Assembly: GCA_973895155.1 (NCBI GenBank)
Contig: OZ316896.1
Location: 23,766,600 to 23,830,599, forward strand
Origin: Marsupella aquatica
Taxonomy: Eukaryota; Plantae; Marchantiophyta
Direction of reading: 5' to 3'
DNA length: 64,000 nt
The translations under genes were made by a program, and so were the position numbers. Of the stretch, positions 1 through 13,091 are shown one piece after another. Below the pieces are notes generated by a model. It was not told the DNA's origin. It was given only the letters and a program-made list of their open reading frames with translations, and ran no database searches. The number at the start of each line of letters is the position of its first letter. Within the stretch, counting starts at the first letter, position 1.

Positions 1-1144
1 GCCCCTTCTGTCGGCAACGCAACCCACGATCAGACTTGGAAAACCTGACTGATACTAACATAAAATGGAAAAGGTTACGAGGTGCACGAATTGTTTTTGG
101 TTTGAATACAACTTTGGTCCCTGCTCAGTGTAGCCTAAAACCAAAGTTGTGTTCAAAAGTGTGGTCCTGATCAACTTTGGTCCCTCGCTCCGTGTGGCCT
201 AAAACGGACCATATCCAACATTTTCATCTCTCCTCAACATTTTGTCGAGCGGCTTTCCAGGCATTTGCTCCCACCGAAGACCTCAGTCCCTGCAACCGAT
301 TGCCAAACCGTGGGCACGCGGGCAATCAGCTCGAGTCAACACCTCCCTGCTCTTTAACCCGAAATCCCTTGCATGTCAAATCTCTTCAAAACGGTGTCTC
401 TTCACTGCTCGACGAACCACAATGCTTCGAGAGCAATCAGAGTTGGTGGTGTCTACTGGTTGTGACATGACCAGCGAACTACCCTCAGCTGAAATCTTAC
501 AAGCTGAAGTGACAGGACCGAGTTCCCCGTCCGCGAAGGGACCCGCATGGTTTCGCTTTTGTTACTAGTAGGATGTGCATATCTCAACGCGAACCAAAAT
601 CTGAACCCAACAAACTATCTTCCAATCCTATCAGCTTGGAAGATCAAGAGGCGGAAAACGAACGACATGAGCTGCTGAGCTAGGCAGAAACAATGCAATC
701 GCAGGCAGTTAGGTTTCGACCAATTTGCAAGCAAACGGCGCAGAAACAATGCAATCGCAGGCAGTTAAGTGTCGACCAATTTGCAAGCATACGGGATCGC
801 TGCCAGAATCGACGGCACACGGATTGCCTCGTAGAGTAATACAAAGGCGCTCTTCGCCAATGCCAGAAATTCGGTCTCTGTCCGACAAACAACGTCCTTA
901 TCCGCAGCCAGATGCCTTTTCGTCTCCATCGACAACTGCTACACAGACAAGAACCACCTTCTCCACGGCCGATGGAGCTCCGAAACACTCCCCCACGCCG
1001 CAAGAAGCTCGATGGCTTTCCTCGCCTCCTTTCCCATCAGCAGCTACACCGCCTCGACCACATTCATTCCTGCATACGTACTCGGTCACAAGTCCCCAGC
1101 ACAAATCACGTCGCTAATATTAATGATCCTTCTCCATCCCCCCG
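1..1144. repeat. Segmental duplication, copy A (5' flank of a minus-strand PPR paralog whose body would lie left of the window)
   Basis: Aligns nearly base-for-base with 44682-45867. The first ~60 nt also match the PPR 5' region near 43760-43820 and, inverted, near 57705-57745. Contains an internal ~57-bp tandem duplication (683-790). Confidence 0.9.
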
Positions 1145-2003
1145 CAGGCAACAAGGTGCGAGAAGAAGCGATCTACTGAAAAGTTCAATAAAACGATAAT
1201 ACCCTACTCTGTGCTATTCTACGCACCATTCGGCGGAGAAGGAGGTAGTAAGGAAGAGAGCCAGCCAGGGAGAAAACTCTCCCCAAGGTCGTCGAGCGTC
1301 GAGCTCGATTGCGAGCGAAGGCGCTACTCAACTCCTACTACCTCGACTATCCCCAGCAAGTGAACAGGTTATCCCCGCCTTTTGAGGGGCTACTCGTTCG
1401 TTCCGGGACGGCCGCAAATTCCGCGCCTGTGACAGGAATCTCATTCGAAATATGGCTTTGGAGTCTATGAAGCGTGGCCTGGAGCTCCAAAGCCAACTTA
1501 TCACTCGATCGCAGCCTCGCGAGCTGATGACTCTGGATAGAGGACAGAAGCCACCGTTCGAAAACTCCGAATCTAAGAAAGACGGAGAACATCAGATGCA
1601 GAAAGTTCATCAAGTAGAGAGCTATCCGGCACCACCACTCTAGGCGATGGAAAGGGGCCGACAGGGCCAGATTTATAGTCAACTACGGGTTCGAACCACA
1701 GGCCGCGTCCCGTCTGTACAATTCTTCCCTGAAATTAGTGCCTAATTAGACGTATTAATTAAAAATTAGTGTTCAGGTTCATCATCCTGAAGCGGGACGT
1801 CGGATAAGTGCATTGTAGTGTGCAGTAGAGCTTCGGAGCAAGTTTTACTCTTTCCGAGTAGACTCCCCCGCTTGCTTGTTCGGCCATGGACAACTGACGG
1901 CGGTACTCCAGAAACCGATCTCAATTATTAGAGCGTTCTTCATTGCTACTGTGAATTGGTGATGGTACAGCAGATAGTGGTTGCACATGCTTCTTAGCCT
2001 TCA

Positions 2004-3899
2004 ATGACGATGTTGTGCCTACAGTCACTTGCTCTCCCGCACGTCGAAATCCATCGTGCAGCCTTGCAGCCATGTTCAATGTCCTTCAATGACAGGAGTT
2101 GGGTCTGTCTAAATTCCTGGGAATCGTGGCAGAGAAGCAGGGCGGATTCTTTGAAATTCTCCACCTCTGTGCAGAAGGTAGGAATAAAAAGATTGAAAGC
2201 TTGCGGGGAGTACAGCTCAGTTCGGATGTCGGCAGGGGAAGCGATGAGCAGGAGCGCAGAGGGGGAACCGCTGAAGGTGATGATATCGGGAGCACCAGCT
2301 TCGGGGAAGGGCACTCAATGCGAGCTGATCATAGAGAAATTCGGGCTATCGCATATCTCCACTGGAGATTTGCTTCGAGCGGAGGTGGCTGCTGGTTCGG
2401 ACTCTGGGAAGACCGCCAGAATATACATGGACTCTGGCCTGCTCGTTCCTAACGAGATTGTGGTGGCCATGGTGGAGAAGAAGCTGGCTGCGAGCGAGCG
2501 TGGATGGTTGCTGGATGGCTATCCTCGGAGTCTGGAACAGGCAGAAGCCCTGGAAGCCATAAAAGTTCGACCGCAGCTCTTCATTCTCCTGGACGTACCT
2601 GATGAGGTTCTAGTCCAAAGAATGGTGGGTAGAAGATTGGATCCCGTGACAGGAAAGATTTACCACATTACTTATTCTCCTCCTGAAACCGAGGAGATTG
2701 GCAGACGATTAATCCAGCGATTTGATGACACTGAAGAGAAGGCGAAAATTCGCCTAGCAACATATCACGCCAACGTAGAAGCTGTGATCGATGTGTACAA
2801 AGATAAAATCAAGCGTGTGGATGGCAACCGCCCAAAGAAGGATGTGTTTGCAGACATAGCTGGGATTCTGAAGGAGGTACAGGATAAAGACGATGTTGAG
2901 ATCAGCAATAACAGCAGATTAGCTGCAAAGCAACAAGCTGTGAATGGTTCTTCCTCGCCGGGGGTGACGACGACAGTGAACAAGCAGCGGCAAGATTCAT
3001 TTGTCAACGAGTCGCTTGGAGTAGCGAAGAAAAAAGAATGGATGGGGGTGCCGACGAAACTTAACACAACGCCACATTCGCGAGAAATTCGAGAGTACTT
3101 TTATGCAGATGTTTGCACCGCCGTGAAAAGAGCTGTGGAGGACGGGATTCACAAGCTTAGGGTGCAAGTCACTATTCCCGAGCTTAACCCTGAAATGGAC
3201 GTGTTCAGAATCGGTACCTTACTCGAGATAATCAGAGAGATTGCTTTCACATTTGCCAACGACGGAAGACGCGTCCGGGTGTGCGTGCAAGGATCCATGG
3301 GACAAGGCATATTTTCTGGAATGCCTTTGCAGCTGGCAGGAACAAGACAGTTGCTAGACAGGATGGACTGGGGCGAGTACAGAGCCAAGGGCACCTTCAT
3401 CAACATTGGGTCCGTTGGAGCTAAGGAAGTGAATCCCGATGATGACATGTTCATTCTCATAGCACCTCAGAACGCTGTGGGCAACTGCATCATTGACGAT
3501 TTGAAAGCCATGGTAGCTGCGGCCGGTGACAGGCCTGTGATTATAGTTAACCCCAGGCTGAAGGACATTCCTGGATCAGGCGGAGTGATGCAAGTGCAAG
3601 GGAGGGAGAAAAGGCTCGAGTTTGTAGGGTCGTTTTTCACATGCTACCATTTCCGCCTGCTCTACCAATCTGCAACCCTGTACCCCATTCTCGGAGCTCT
3701 TCGTAGGGCTTACCCGTCTCCATATCAAATCTACAAGAGGGTGGACACAGACACCAAGAGTAAAGAGGAGTATGTGCTTTTACCCGACACCTTCGAGACA
3801 GAGCCGAGCCGTACGGAGATTGGCGATGCCTACTATGGCCGATCTCGGACCAAAGCCAAGGAAGGCATTTGGAGTTTCTTTAATCGAATTCTCAACTAA
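2004..3899 (+). CDS. AMK5: Adenylate kinase 5-like, chloroplastic (ADK domain + C-terminal DUF1995-like domain), intronless
   Basis: 631-aa uninterrupted ORF. P-loop GAPASGKGTQ, HISTGDLLRAE, GWLLDGYPR, LID-region RRLDPVTGKIYH. S/R-rich N-terminal transit-like peptide. C-terminal domain (IPELNPEMDVFRIGTL, APQNAVG, NPRLKD) as in Arabidopsis At5g35170-type kinases. Confidence 0.92.
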   Translation: MTMLCLQSLALPHVEIHRAALQPCSMSFNDRSWVCLNSWESWQRSRADSLKFSTSVQKVGIKRLKACGEYSSVRMSAGEAMSRSAEGEPLKVMISGAPASGKGTQCELIIEKFGLSHISTGDLLRAEVAAGSDSGKTARIYMDSGLLVPNEIVVAMVEKKLAASERGWLLDGYPRSLEQAEALEAIKVRPQLFILLDVPDEVLVQRMVGRRLDPVTGKIYHITYSPPETEEIGRRLIQRFDDTEEKAKIRLATYHANVEAVIDVYKDKIKRVDGNRPKKDVFADIAGILKEVQDKDDVEISNNSRLAAKQQAVNGSSSPGVTTTVNKQRQDSFVNESLGVAKKKEWMGVPTKLNTTPHSREIREYFYADVCTAVKRAVEDGIHKLRVQVTIPELNPEMDVFRIGTLLEIIREIAFTFANDGRRVRVCVQGSMGQGIFSGMPLQLAGTRQLLDRMDWGEYRAKGTFINIGSVGAKEVNPDDDMFILIAPQNAVGNCIIDDLKAMVAAAGDRPVIIVNPRLKDIPGSGGVMQVQGREKRLEFVGSFFTCYHFRLLYQSATLYPILGALRRAYPSPYQIYKRVDTDTKSKEEYVLLPDTFETEPSRTEIGDAYYGRSRTKAKEGIWSFFNRILN

Positions 3900-4777
3900 G
3901 CACCCTGGATGTAGAGAAAGGTATTCTGTACGTAAATTGTTTATATGTATCGCTATTGTTGAACATCTTTTTGTACAAGGACTAAGATGAGAGAGGATAT
4001 CACTGTTTGACGAGATTATCCTATCAATAGCCATCCTATCCTAGCGTCAATTTGTACACCAATTCCAATTTGCAGAGATGGGAAAGGGCGTGCTACAACG
4101 TATACGGTTCTCACTGCCGTGCATTTCCCTGTTCTGCACATTGATGGAGAGCTTATCGTTAAACTTTCTAGATAGATAAAATTTTACCAATCTTGATAAT
4201 TTAGTAGCAAATTATACAGTAACTCGATACAGATCTCCTAGGCCTCATCGCTGTAAAAGGAGACTCCTAGAAAATTGAACTACATGGCTGCTCTGTTAAA
4301 TTGAACGATATGCTCTGTATTTTCTTGAGCACGCCACCAAGACGCTATGGCAAGAACACATTCGAAAAACGACGATTTGTCTGACTTGGCAACAGCATAA
4401 TCAGAAAACTGCACTATACGTGGACTCTGTAATGGATAAACGAAGATGCCAGAAAATTGAGGAGGAAGCACTAGATACGAGAGCAATTGATGGACTTGCT
4501 AGTGATATACAGTACAGTAGGTGGCTAAATATTTTGCATCTTTGCCGCAGATCTGTATTTAGTGTTAATGTGGAGAGCTTCCGAACTAGTCCTGAGTCTA
4601 CTGTTTCTGCCTCACCGACAACTAATTCTGCTGAAGCTCCATTCGTGATTCCGTGGTCTTTGGAAGATGATCACCCTCTGCTAATTTGTTAGTATCGTTG
4701 TGCTGCAGGAAGGAGATCCTAACAGATTTCCAATTCCTGACATGTTACCTAGCTTGTTCGTGTTGGGGCTTCAGTGC

Positions 4778-4942
4778 CATTGCACATATGTCCCGTACAC
4801 CATGGACTGAAAATCGATTCATTCATTCATTCATTCTCACTCTCAGACCTTTCAGATTTTCATTGCACATATGTCCCGTACACCATGGACTGAAAATCGA
4901 TTCATTCATTCATTCTCACTCTCAGACCTTTCAGATTTTCAT
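4778..4942. repeat. Tandem duplication, two ~83-bp units containing (TTCA)n
   Basis: cattgcacatatgtcccgtacaccatggactgaaaatcgattcattc...cagattttcat occurs twice in tandem. Confidence 0.9.
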
Positions 4943-6696
4943 CACCGAGGGATACGAGTCCCTGGAAAGTTTCGTATGCCCCTCGGACTGTCCGCTGCCC
5001 ATCCATGTCCGTCTGCTGCCCGCAAAAATAGGAAAGTTATTACTCTTCCTCAAAAGTTTCCTATGAAAATCACCTTTGGTGGAGTTTGTGTACAAACAAT
5101 ACGCAAACAGGGGGTTTCAAGCCTATACTTCTGCCTCCCTGGAGAGATGGTCTACCAAATGGTCGGCCACACTTCTAAAGCCTGCCGAATCCTAAGCCCT
5201 TTCCCCTCCCTTCATTGGGTTCCTTTGCCATTGGGATCTTGTCTCCAGGTTCAGAGTTTTTTGCCCTTGGGCAATGTGATATATAGTAGAGGTCACATCC
5301 CTGGTATTTATCTTGATCTTGTTGCGCAAGGATGGGCCAGCAACAGGCGGGCAGCAGGTGGGGACAACGTGACAATGTCATTTAAATGACATAACAGGGA
5401 TACGCTGCCCCAAATAAACCTGACAATGCCACAAATGACAATCCAAGGATATGCCACCCCAAATTACACCCACACATACACACTTACACACCTCTTCCAC
5501 AAAAAAGTGTCCCCATAATTGTACATCAAAATGTGTTAATATATAGTGTACTATGTCATTTCGTACCATGATTAACCTATTTGAGTTTGTTTAAAAACTG
5601 AGTGTTATTCTATATATTAAGTACCTGGCTGTCAGTTTTTGATGTGCAATTATCGGGACGCCGCAAAAACTAGGAGGCGAATATGCAGGGTCCAAGGACT
5701 ATGTAGAAAGATTTCTATCACAGGACACCTGGACTTTACAATGGACAGAACCTACAAGATTAAATGATCCTTCAAGGTCTGCATGTCCATTGAGAAAACC
5801 TCTATTAGGGCATTTCAAACGTCAGTTGGCAAAAAGTCTCGGGCAAATGCGTATTAAAAACTATAGTGAGAGGACCTTTCACTATCTACAGTGGTCGACT
5901 TACAAAGTACAGAGGTTTCTGTGCCAAAGAAGGAGGGAATCAAAAAGGGAGCCAACGAAGAAAGGAGAAAGGGGTGTAGAAGAAAGAGGGAAGCAAAAGA
6001 GGAGCCAAAGAAGAAATGGGAAAGGGGAGGGCTAGTGCAAAAGGGCATGGGAAAATGGGGAGGTCCATGGCACCTATGCATGAGGACCAACTAGGATCCT
6101 CCCAAGTCCCATTCATGAGCAGGTTGTGAGGGGGAGGGGTAAGACTCACCGGTCTGCAGTTGCACCCCTCTGTTAGGGCGTCTCAAATACCATATTTTTC
6201 TAGATTTCTAGCTCCCAGGAGTGTCGCTGCCTGGGCCAACGTGCAGGACTGGTCGTGCACCGATTGTGGAGCCCAACCAGTCACCACCGGGAATGGTGAA
6301 CAGAACACCCGCTAGACTGCGATTAAGTGTGGCTGCACATGTAGGGTTTACAATGGTCCAACCCACAAAGTAGCAGCGCAAAGTGGCACAGGGACCAGCA
6401 TTGTTTAGTCAACCTACTTTATTGACTTCCCAGCATGAATTCACCTTAGCTCCGGGTGATGCGAGCAGGGAGGTGACATTCCGTAGCATTCTCAATGGCA
6501 TCAGGCAGTCAATCAAGAGGTGCTTTGTAGAGGGTTGTTTGTCATTTGCGTTTGCTTGGGATAAGAGATTTACCTAAGGTAGTCCCGAACTACTCAACTC
6601 TACCTGCAATATGAAATGCAAAAATATGGACAATGGACAGATTCATCTAAACTAGATGATGTTGACATTGTGCCTGACGATGATCTTGGAATAAGG

Positions 6697-7911
6697 AGAG
6701 GCAAGTACTTCAAAGCAGAAGCAGGAGTGGACTATATCATTGCACACAGAGATGCAATCACTGAAGGATAACAAAACTTGGGAGTTGGTCAAGCTTCCTA
6801 AAGGCCAGCAAGTGCTAGACAATAAGTGGATTTACAAGCTGAAGGATCAATCCACGGGAGGTGGATCAAAGGTCTACAAGGCTAGGTTGGTAGCCAAGGG
6901 ATTCACACAGGAGAAAGGTGTGGATTACAATGAGGTCTTCTCACCAGTTTCTAAGTACTCTACAATATGGCTATTGTGTGTACTTGTTATTTTATTTGGT
7001 TTACTACTAGATCAGATGGATGTTGTCAAACGTACTTTCCTCTTTGGCATCTTGGAAGAGGTGATCTTCATGAGACAGTCACTAGGTTTTGTGAAGAAAG
7101 GACAAGAGGAATTGGTTTGTAGATTGCTGAGATCCTTGTACAGGTTGAAGCAGTCACCAAGGTAGTGGAATAAGCGGTTTGACGATTGGATCCATGCACA
7201 GGGTTTTCACATAAGCGTGTTTGATCCTTGTGTGTACATATTAAACCGGTGAAGAATGTTGCCTTTGGTTTCATTGTTTTAGTACTTTATGTGGATGACA
7301 TGCTTATCGCGGCCAAAGATAGATCTAAGATTGTTAAGCTCAAGGTACTGTTCAGTGCAAAGTTTAAGATGAAGGACTTAGGGCCAGCTAAGAGGATTTT
7401 GGGTATGAAGATCACTAGGGACTTGGAGGCTGGTAAGCTATGGTTGACGTAGAGCAGTTATGCAAGGAAGGTAATTGCAAGGTTCAGCATTGGGAATAGC
7501 AAGCCAGTAAATACCCTGTTGGCTCCACACTTCAAGTTGTCATCTTTCTGTCCTAGGGATGAGACAGAAAAGGGGTTGATGTCAAAGGTTCCTTATGACA
7601 AGGTAGTGGGGAGTCTCATGTATTTGATGACTTGCACTAGACCTGATCTTGCCATGGCTATGGGCAAGGTGAGCAGGTACATATATGTCGAATCCAAGGA
7701 AGGTACAGTGAAGTGGATTTTTTGGTACTTGAAGGATACCGTGGATCATGGTCTTTTGTTTGATGCACATGCTGATAATGTGAGATCTCGTGTGAGAACA
7801 TTGATGGGATATATAGATGCTGACTAGGATCTAGATTGGAGGAGATCAACCACTGGGTATGTGTTCACACTTGGTGGTGGATGCATAAGTTGGAGGTCTA
7901 CTACTTGCAGA
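6697..7911 (+). mobile_element. Ty1/Copia (Tnt1/Tork-like) reverse transcriptase and start of RNase H, degenerate
   Basis: EMQSLKDNKTWELV, KARLVAKGFTQEKGVDYNEVFSPV, LYVDDMLIA, MKDLG, GSLMYLMTCTRPD, GYIDAD, RRSTTGYVFTLGGGCISWRS; several stops and frameshifts. Confidence 0.9.
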
Positions 7912-10900
7912 CATAAGTTGGAGGTCTACTACTAAGCATCACATCCAAAAATCCTTAGATGTGAGTAATCTGCTGGACGCCCGTACCTCATTTCAAATGG
8001 CGTTTTGAATCCAATAGAATTGGATGGAGAAAAATTTACCAAATAAGCTGCAGTGTTGACAGCTTCAGCCCAAAACTCATGTGGTAAGCATGATTGAGTT
8101 AACATACTCCTCGAGCGATCCAATAGTGTTTGGTTGAGTCTCTCAAAAACACCATTCTGCTGAGAAGTATAACTTGTTGTGAGATGGCGGGTAATTCCCT
8201 GCTCCTTACAATACGTTCCAAATTCCTCGGAATTGTATTCATCGTCGTTATCCGATCAAAGATATCTCACCTTATTACCAGTTTGATTCTCAACTTGGGC
8301 TTTCCACTCCTTAAAAGTGGCAAAACATCAGACTTACTGTGTAAAAAGTATATCCACACATACCTTGAGTAATCGTCTATGAACGTGATATAGTATAACC
8401 GTCCAGAATGTGAGGGAGTAGGGACTGGACCCCACACATCACTATGTACATACTCAAGTACCTCCTTACTGGTGTGAGTTCCAACTCCGGAGGGTTTCCT
8501 ATGCTGTTTCCCAAGCACACAATGCTCACAAAATTCCAACTTACAAGATTGCAAATTAGAAAGTAATCCTTTCTTCTGAAGAATAACCAAACCTTTTTCA
8601 CTCATGTGGCCCAAATGGAAGTGCCACAGTCGGGCCGTCTCCTCATGAGATAAGGTTACATTGGCTTCATCACAAACTACACTGCCCTCCAAAACGTAAA
8701 GATTGTTATGTCTTTTTCCCTTCAATACAACTTTAGTACTAGTTGAAACCTGAAGGACACCATTAGTAGAACTCCACTGATGGCCATTTGCTTCTAAAAC
8801 TCCAAGTGAAATGAGATTTTGCATCATGTTGGGAATATGTCTCACATTCCTCAACGTTCTTACAGCACCATCAAACATCTGAAATCTTACAGATCCAAGT
8901 CCAACAACTTGACATGGGATTCCATTTCCCATCAACACTAACCCGTTGGAAACCGTGTAAGAACTGAAAAAATCTCTCTTAGAGAAAATGTGAAAAGTAC
9001 ATGCACTATCTAGAATCCAGTCATCGCTACTTGGATGTGACACTACGTTGAGAGCATAACCTTGACATCACAATATGTCATCATCATCGAGTAAATCTAC
9101 CTCATGCGAACTCGATGCCGCGTTGGCAGATGCAGTAGGGTTCTTTACTCGACAATCCCTTTTCATGTGGCCTGGCTTGCCACAATTCCAACATGCAAGA
9201 GGCTTCCTCTCTTGCGATTTCCCTCTGGATTTAGATCTCCCCCGTGATGTAGATCTAAACCTGTTTTGTTCATTCGTGCGTTGCGCTGCTCTCCCACGGT
9301 CCACGTTCAGCGCAGTGCCAGAAGAAAATATTGTCTGTGATTGACCCAACTTCTTCTGAGCATCATCAGACAGCAAGGAGCTCACCACGTCATTATACGA
9401 AATGGATTTAGATCTCGGTACAAGAGCACCTGTTTCAAGCCCTCATATGATGGCTGTAAGGAGCTTAGCAGAACAAGGCCTTATCCTCATCTTCAACTCC
9501 TTTTCCCAGGTTTGACAGATCCACTGCTAGACTGTCAAATTCATCCAGGTGATCCTGCAGCTTTCTCCCTTCCTTAAGCCTGAGGCTCATCAAGAGAAAC
9601 TTCTTGTAAAGCCGGTCTGACGCATCTTCCCGGTAGTACTTCTCTCTTAGAGCCTTGAACAATGACGCGCAATCCGCATAATCATCCAGCTGCTTGATGA
9701 TGTGCAGCTTGAGATATAGCATCACTGCATTAACAGCAATCACCTGCTCCTGTCTCCATTGCTTCTCTGAGATCTCCTCTTCTCCATCATACTACTCTCG
9801 CAAAGAGAGCAGATGAGCTAAGCCCATGGCCCGTAGAACACCCTTCACTTGTTTCTCCCACAACAAGTAATCAGTATGACCATCGTACTTCTCCACCTCA
9901 AACTTCACTCCTCCAAATCTAGCCATCTCCCTCTTCTTCCCCACTACCATCAGCTCTGGTAGTAACACAGCTTCCTCCACTGCACGCCGCACCAGTGATC
10001 GTACCGGTGTTACAAGTTCCTCCTCAAATGGTAGCAGCTCCTCCTTAGACTCTCCGTCTGATCGGCGCGATTCTGAAGCTCCACCGACGCCAATTCTTCC
10101 AGTATCCTCTGAGTCACTCAAATGAAACAATCACAAAAAAATGTCTTTTTTGGAAACTTCTCATAAAACTCAAAACTCAACACCGCCGCGTAGCCCACAA
10201 AGCTAGGAGTCCAATACTGAAAGCCAAAATCAAAATCAAAATTCCACGGAAAAGTTATTTAAATTTTGGTTGGGGTGGGTAAAACCTTGGGAAACTCCCC
10301 CGTTTTGACCACCTCGGAGAATAACCAAAATACCCAGTACAACCCGTCGTCGGAATCATGATGTGATTGGTGCACCGCGTTGCTAACTCCAGTGGCAACA
10401 TCCTCGCCAAAAAAGAAACAAAAAGTTACCGTTTGCAGGCGGAATCTTTGTCGGACGGCCAAAAAATAGCTCTCTATTTTTGCAGTTTGACAGGTCTAAC
10501 AGGGGGCCATTCCCCCTATCAGAGCGGTTAAAATGGAGGGTCACATGCCTGAGATGACCAATGAAAGGAGAGTCGGGAAAAAAACAAAAATTTGCCCTTA
10601 AAAGGGGGGTCTAAGCCCCTTTAAACAAGAATACACGTAAAAGGGCCGGGCCCGGGCCAAATACGCACGGTGGCGTACAGGCGGCCGTAGCCTGCCGTGT
10701 ACAGGCACGGGGGAGCGGGTGAGCAAGGGTGAGGGCAGGCGACCGGCTGCCATCGGCAGGTCACAGCCGCTTCGCGGCAGTAGGCAGCACGTGTGTATAC
10801 ACACAGAAAAAATCCCACTAAATTAACCAAACACAATTTTGCCAATTAAAGTGAAAAAAAGCATGGGTTTCACACCTTAATCGTCGCTCTTTTACACGAG

Positions 10901-11522
10901 AAAGTGACCGCCGCCGACGGGAAAAGGTGTTGAATTACACCGGCATAGTCTGCAGCTCCAGCAGAGTAAAAAAATTCCGTCGCGATGCCTTCACTCCGCG
11001 TCAAGTGCCAATCCCGGGCTCAAAACGACCGCCTCATCGCGATCAAACCCGTTGAGCCGTGGCACTTCACGTTTCTTCCACTGAGTTGGACGTCATGAAG
11101 AGAAACCCAATTCAGATGGGAACAAGTTTCATAGCTTGTGAAAAAACCTGAACGCCTCCTTCACTTGTCACGTCGCACTCGGTAACAACTCGGCAGCAAT
11201 CCAGCTACTGCAACGACCAGCTAGCTTCAACCTTCAACTTGAGCTATAATATGCGATCCCTCCCACACCGCATAGCTCACACCGTTGAAAAATGCAAACT
11301 CTGGTCTCTCCCCCGAAATACCGTCGAACACGAATAAACCCTGAACAATGCAAACTTTGATTCCTCCGCACCACGGATACCGATCAGCGAGTTCTAACCA
11401 TCGTTAGAAAGCCCTCTCACTAACCTATCCGCTCAACCACACACATTCAAGTTTCATGCGATGAAACTCTGAATGTACCATCGACACTAAACGTTGAAAA
11501 AACCTCGTCACCTCCCAGGCAT

Positions 11523-11534
11523 GCTTTGATACCA
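11523..11534 (-). other. Primer-binding site (tRNA-iMet type)
   Basis: Minus strand TGGTATCAAAGC, one mismatch to TGGTATCAGAGC, 2 nt after the LTR end ...TCAACA. Confidence 0.85.
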
Positions 11535-11536
11535 CT

Positions 11537-11872
11537 TGTTGAGCATAGATGACATTTGCAACGGCAAGCCCATGAACCATCCAACGCACAATAGTCAACA
11601 CAGAGAGATACGTGGTTCACCTCCACATGAGGCTACGTCCACGGGAACACACAAGAGCTTTACTGCACTCTAGGCCGACCGGCCATACCAAGCATCCATA
11701 GCACAAGCTCTCCCTATCTCTCAACTAGCTCTGTAACAATGAGCCTAAGTTCCACCAGGGTCTGGCTTCAGCCCTAGCTATATGCACAAAAGATAACATT
11801 AGCTAAGTCCTAACCCGAGTTAGACTAACTGTGGTTAGCTCATGAGTCACAAGACTAGAGCAATATCTAACA
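11537..11872 (-). repeat. 5' LTR of the Copia element (~336 bp)
   Basis: TGTT...AACA termini, adjacent to the PBS. No second copy seen in the window, so the distal end is inferred. Confidence 0.7.
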
Positions 11873-13091
11873 AACTCCCCCTCTCACAACTACCCCCTGC
11901 CTTCCCCTCTCGTGACTGCCCCGTCTCCCAGGCTTGATGTTTAGAGCTTCAAAATGTTTACGGCATTCTTTGTTACGACATTCAAAAACTACAGCATGGG
12001 AAGAGGGTCACATCGTTCTTTGTTTGAGTTGACCATGGTTGGGCCTGAACCCATTGGCATTAACGCCTACGACCCGTCTCATAATTAACTACCCCACAAA
12101 ACATTGGCCCGGATGAACCCTGTTGCGGTGCACCACTACAGCATATTTGACACTTTTGCGAAGGTATTTTTGTCGACGCTCTTGTATTTCTGATGGGCGG
12201 CGCTTGGCATAATTTGTGAATCAACCCGCATCGCAATTTGCGATTCTATCCCTATTGCAAAGATAATACTTGAAGCACATTATATCGCTAATACATTGCG
12301 AAGTAAATGATTTTGCAAGTTTTACCGAAACGCGCCGAATGGAAAGGCGCCTTCTGAAGACGCCGAAATCACTCGCCGACTCTGAAACTAACTGATGTAA
12401 AGATTTGTGAAGAAGGTTGGATTGAAATTGTTTTGCGATAGTATTTGTTTGACAAGTTTAAGAATGTCAGAGGATGGAAGATTTGCGAAACGGTGAGAAT
12501 ATGAAATTTGTGATTGAATTTGCATCACAAGGTTGCGAAGAGCATTGTATGGAAATATTGAGAAACGAAAAGCTTTGTAGAAATTGCAAGTCTGGTGAGA
12601 TTTTGTGAGCTTCGCAAATTGTTCGCAAACTAAAAATTAAGATTTTTGTGAGGTGAGACAATGAAGAGGGTGGATGGTCCAATATATGGATGGGGCAGGA
12701 GGGAAGAGGAAGGGAGGATGGAGGGAGGTACAATGAAGGATGGAAAAGGGAGGGAGTACAATGGAAGAGGAAGGAGGGAGGAGAAAGAGGAAGGGAGGAG
12801 GAGGGACAGACGTACCACGGAGGAGGGAAACACGAGGGTGACAATGAAAATTATGGAATAAGTAGGAAATAAAGTTATATTGAGCAACAGAGGTTAGATA
12901 GAAAGTTGCATGTAAAATTCACAAGTGATCACAATAAAACAATACAATACATATGTCATGAGTATGACTCTTCAAAAGTGAATGGCAAATCTAAATATAG
13001 ACAATACTTTTTTATATCACCAAACATGAACAAATCAAATATAACATGAACAAATGTGTAGGCTGGACCCAAGTGCATATAAATATGTCCC

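Larger units (their letters stand above)
7934..11872 (-). mobile_element. 5' part of a Ty1/Copia element (LTR, PBS, gag, protease, integrase), truncated after the integrase core
   Basis: gag KFEVEKYDG, zinc knuckle CWNCGKPGHMKRDC, protease WILDSACTFH, LWHFHLGHMSEKGL, CEHCVLGK, YVHSDVWGP, FWAEAVNTAAYLVN, LRIFGCDA; frameshifted. Confidence 0.9.

Noticed and set aside
177-1199. ORFs of 68-130 aa, repeated at 44901-45968
   Set aside because: Indels between the two copies break the frames and no domains are recognisable; probably non-coding 5' flank, UTR or intron.
11873-11890. PPT-like GAGGGGGAGTT just upstream of the Copia 5' LTR, suggesting a tandem element or integrated one-LTR circle
   Set aside because: The adjacent sequence shows no RNase H similarity, so a chance purine run in the flank is as likely.
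12467-12887. ORFs in the purine-rich tract
   Set aside because: Low-complexity GGA/GAG sequence inside the CACTA end.
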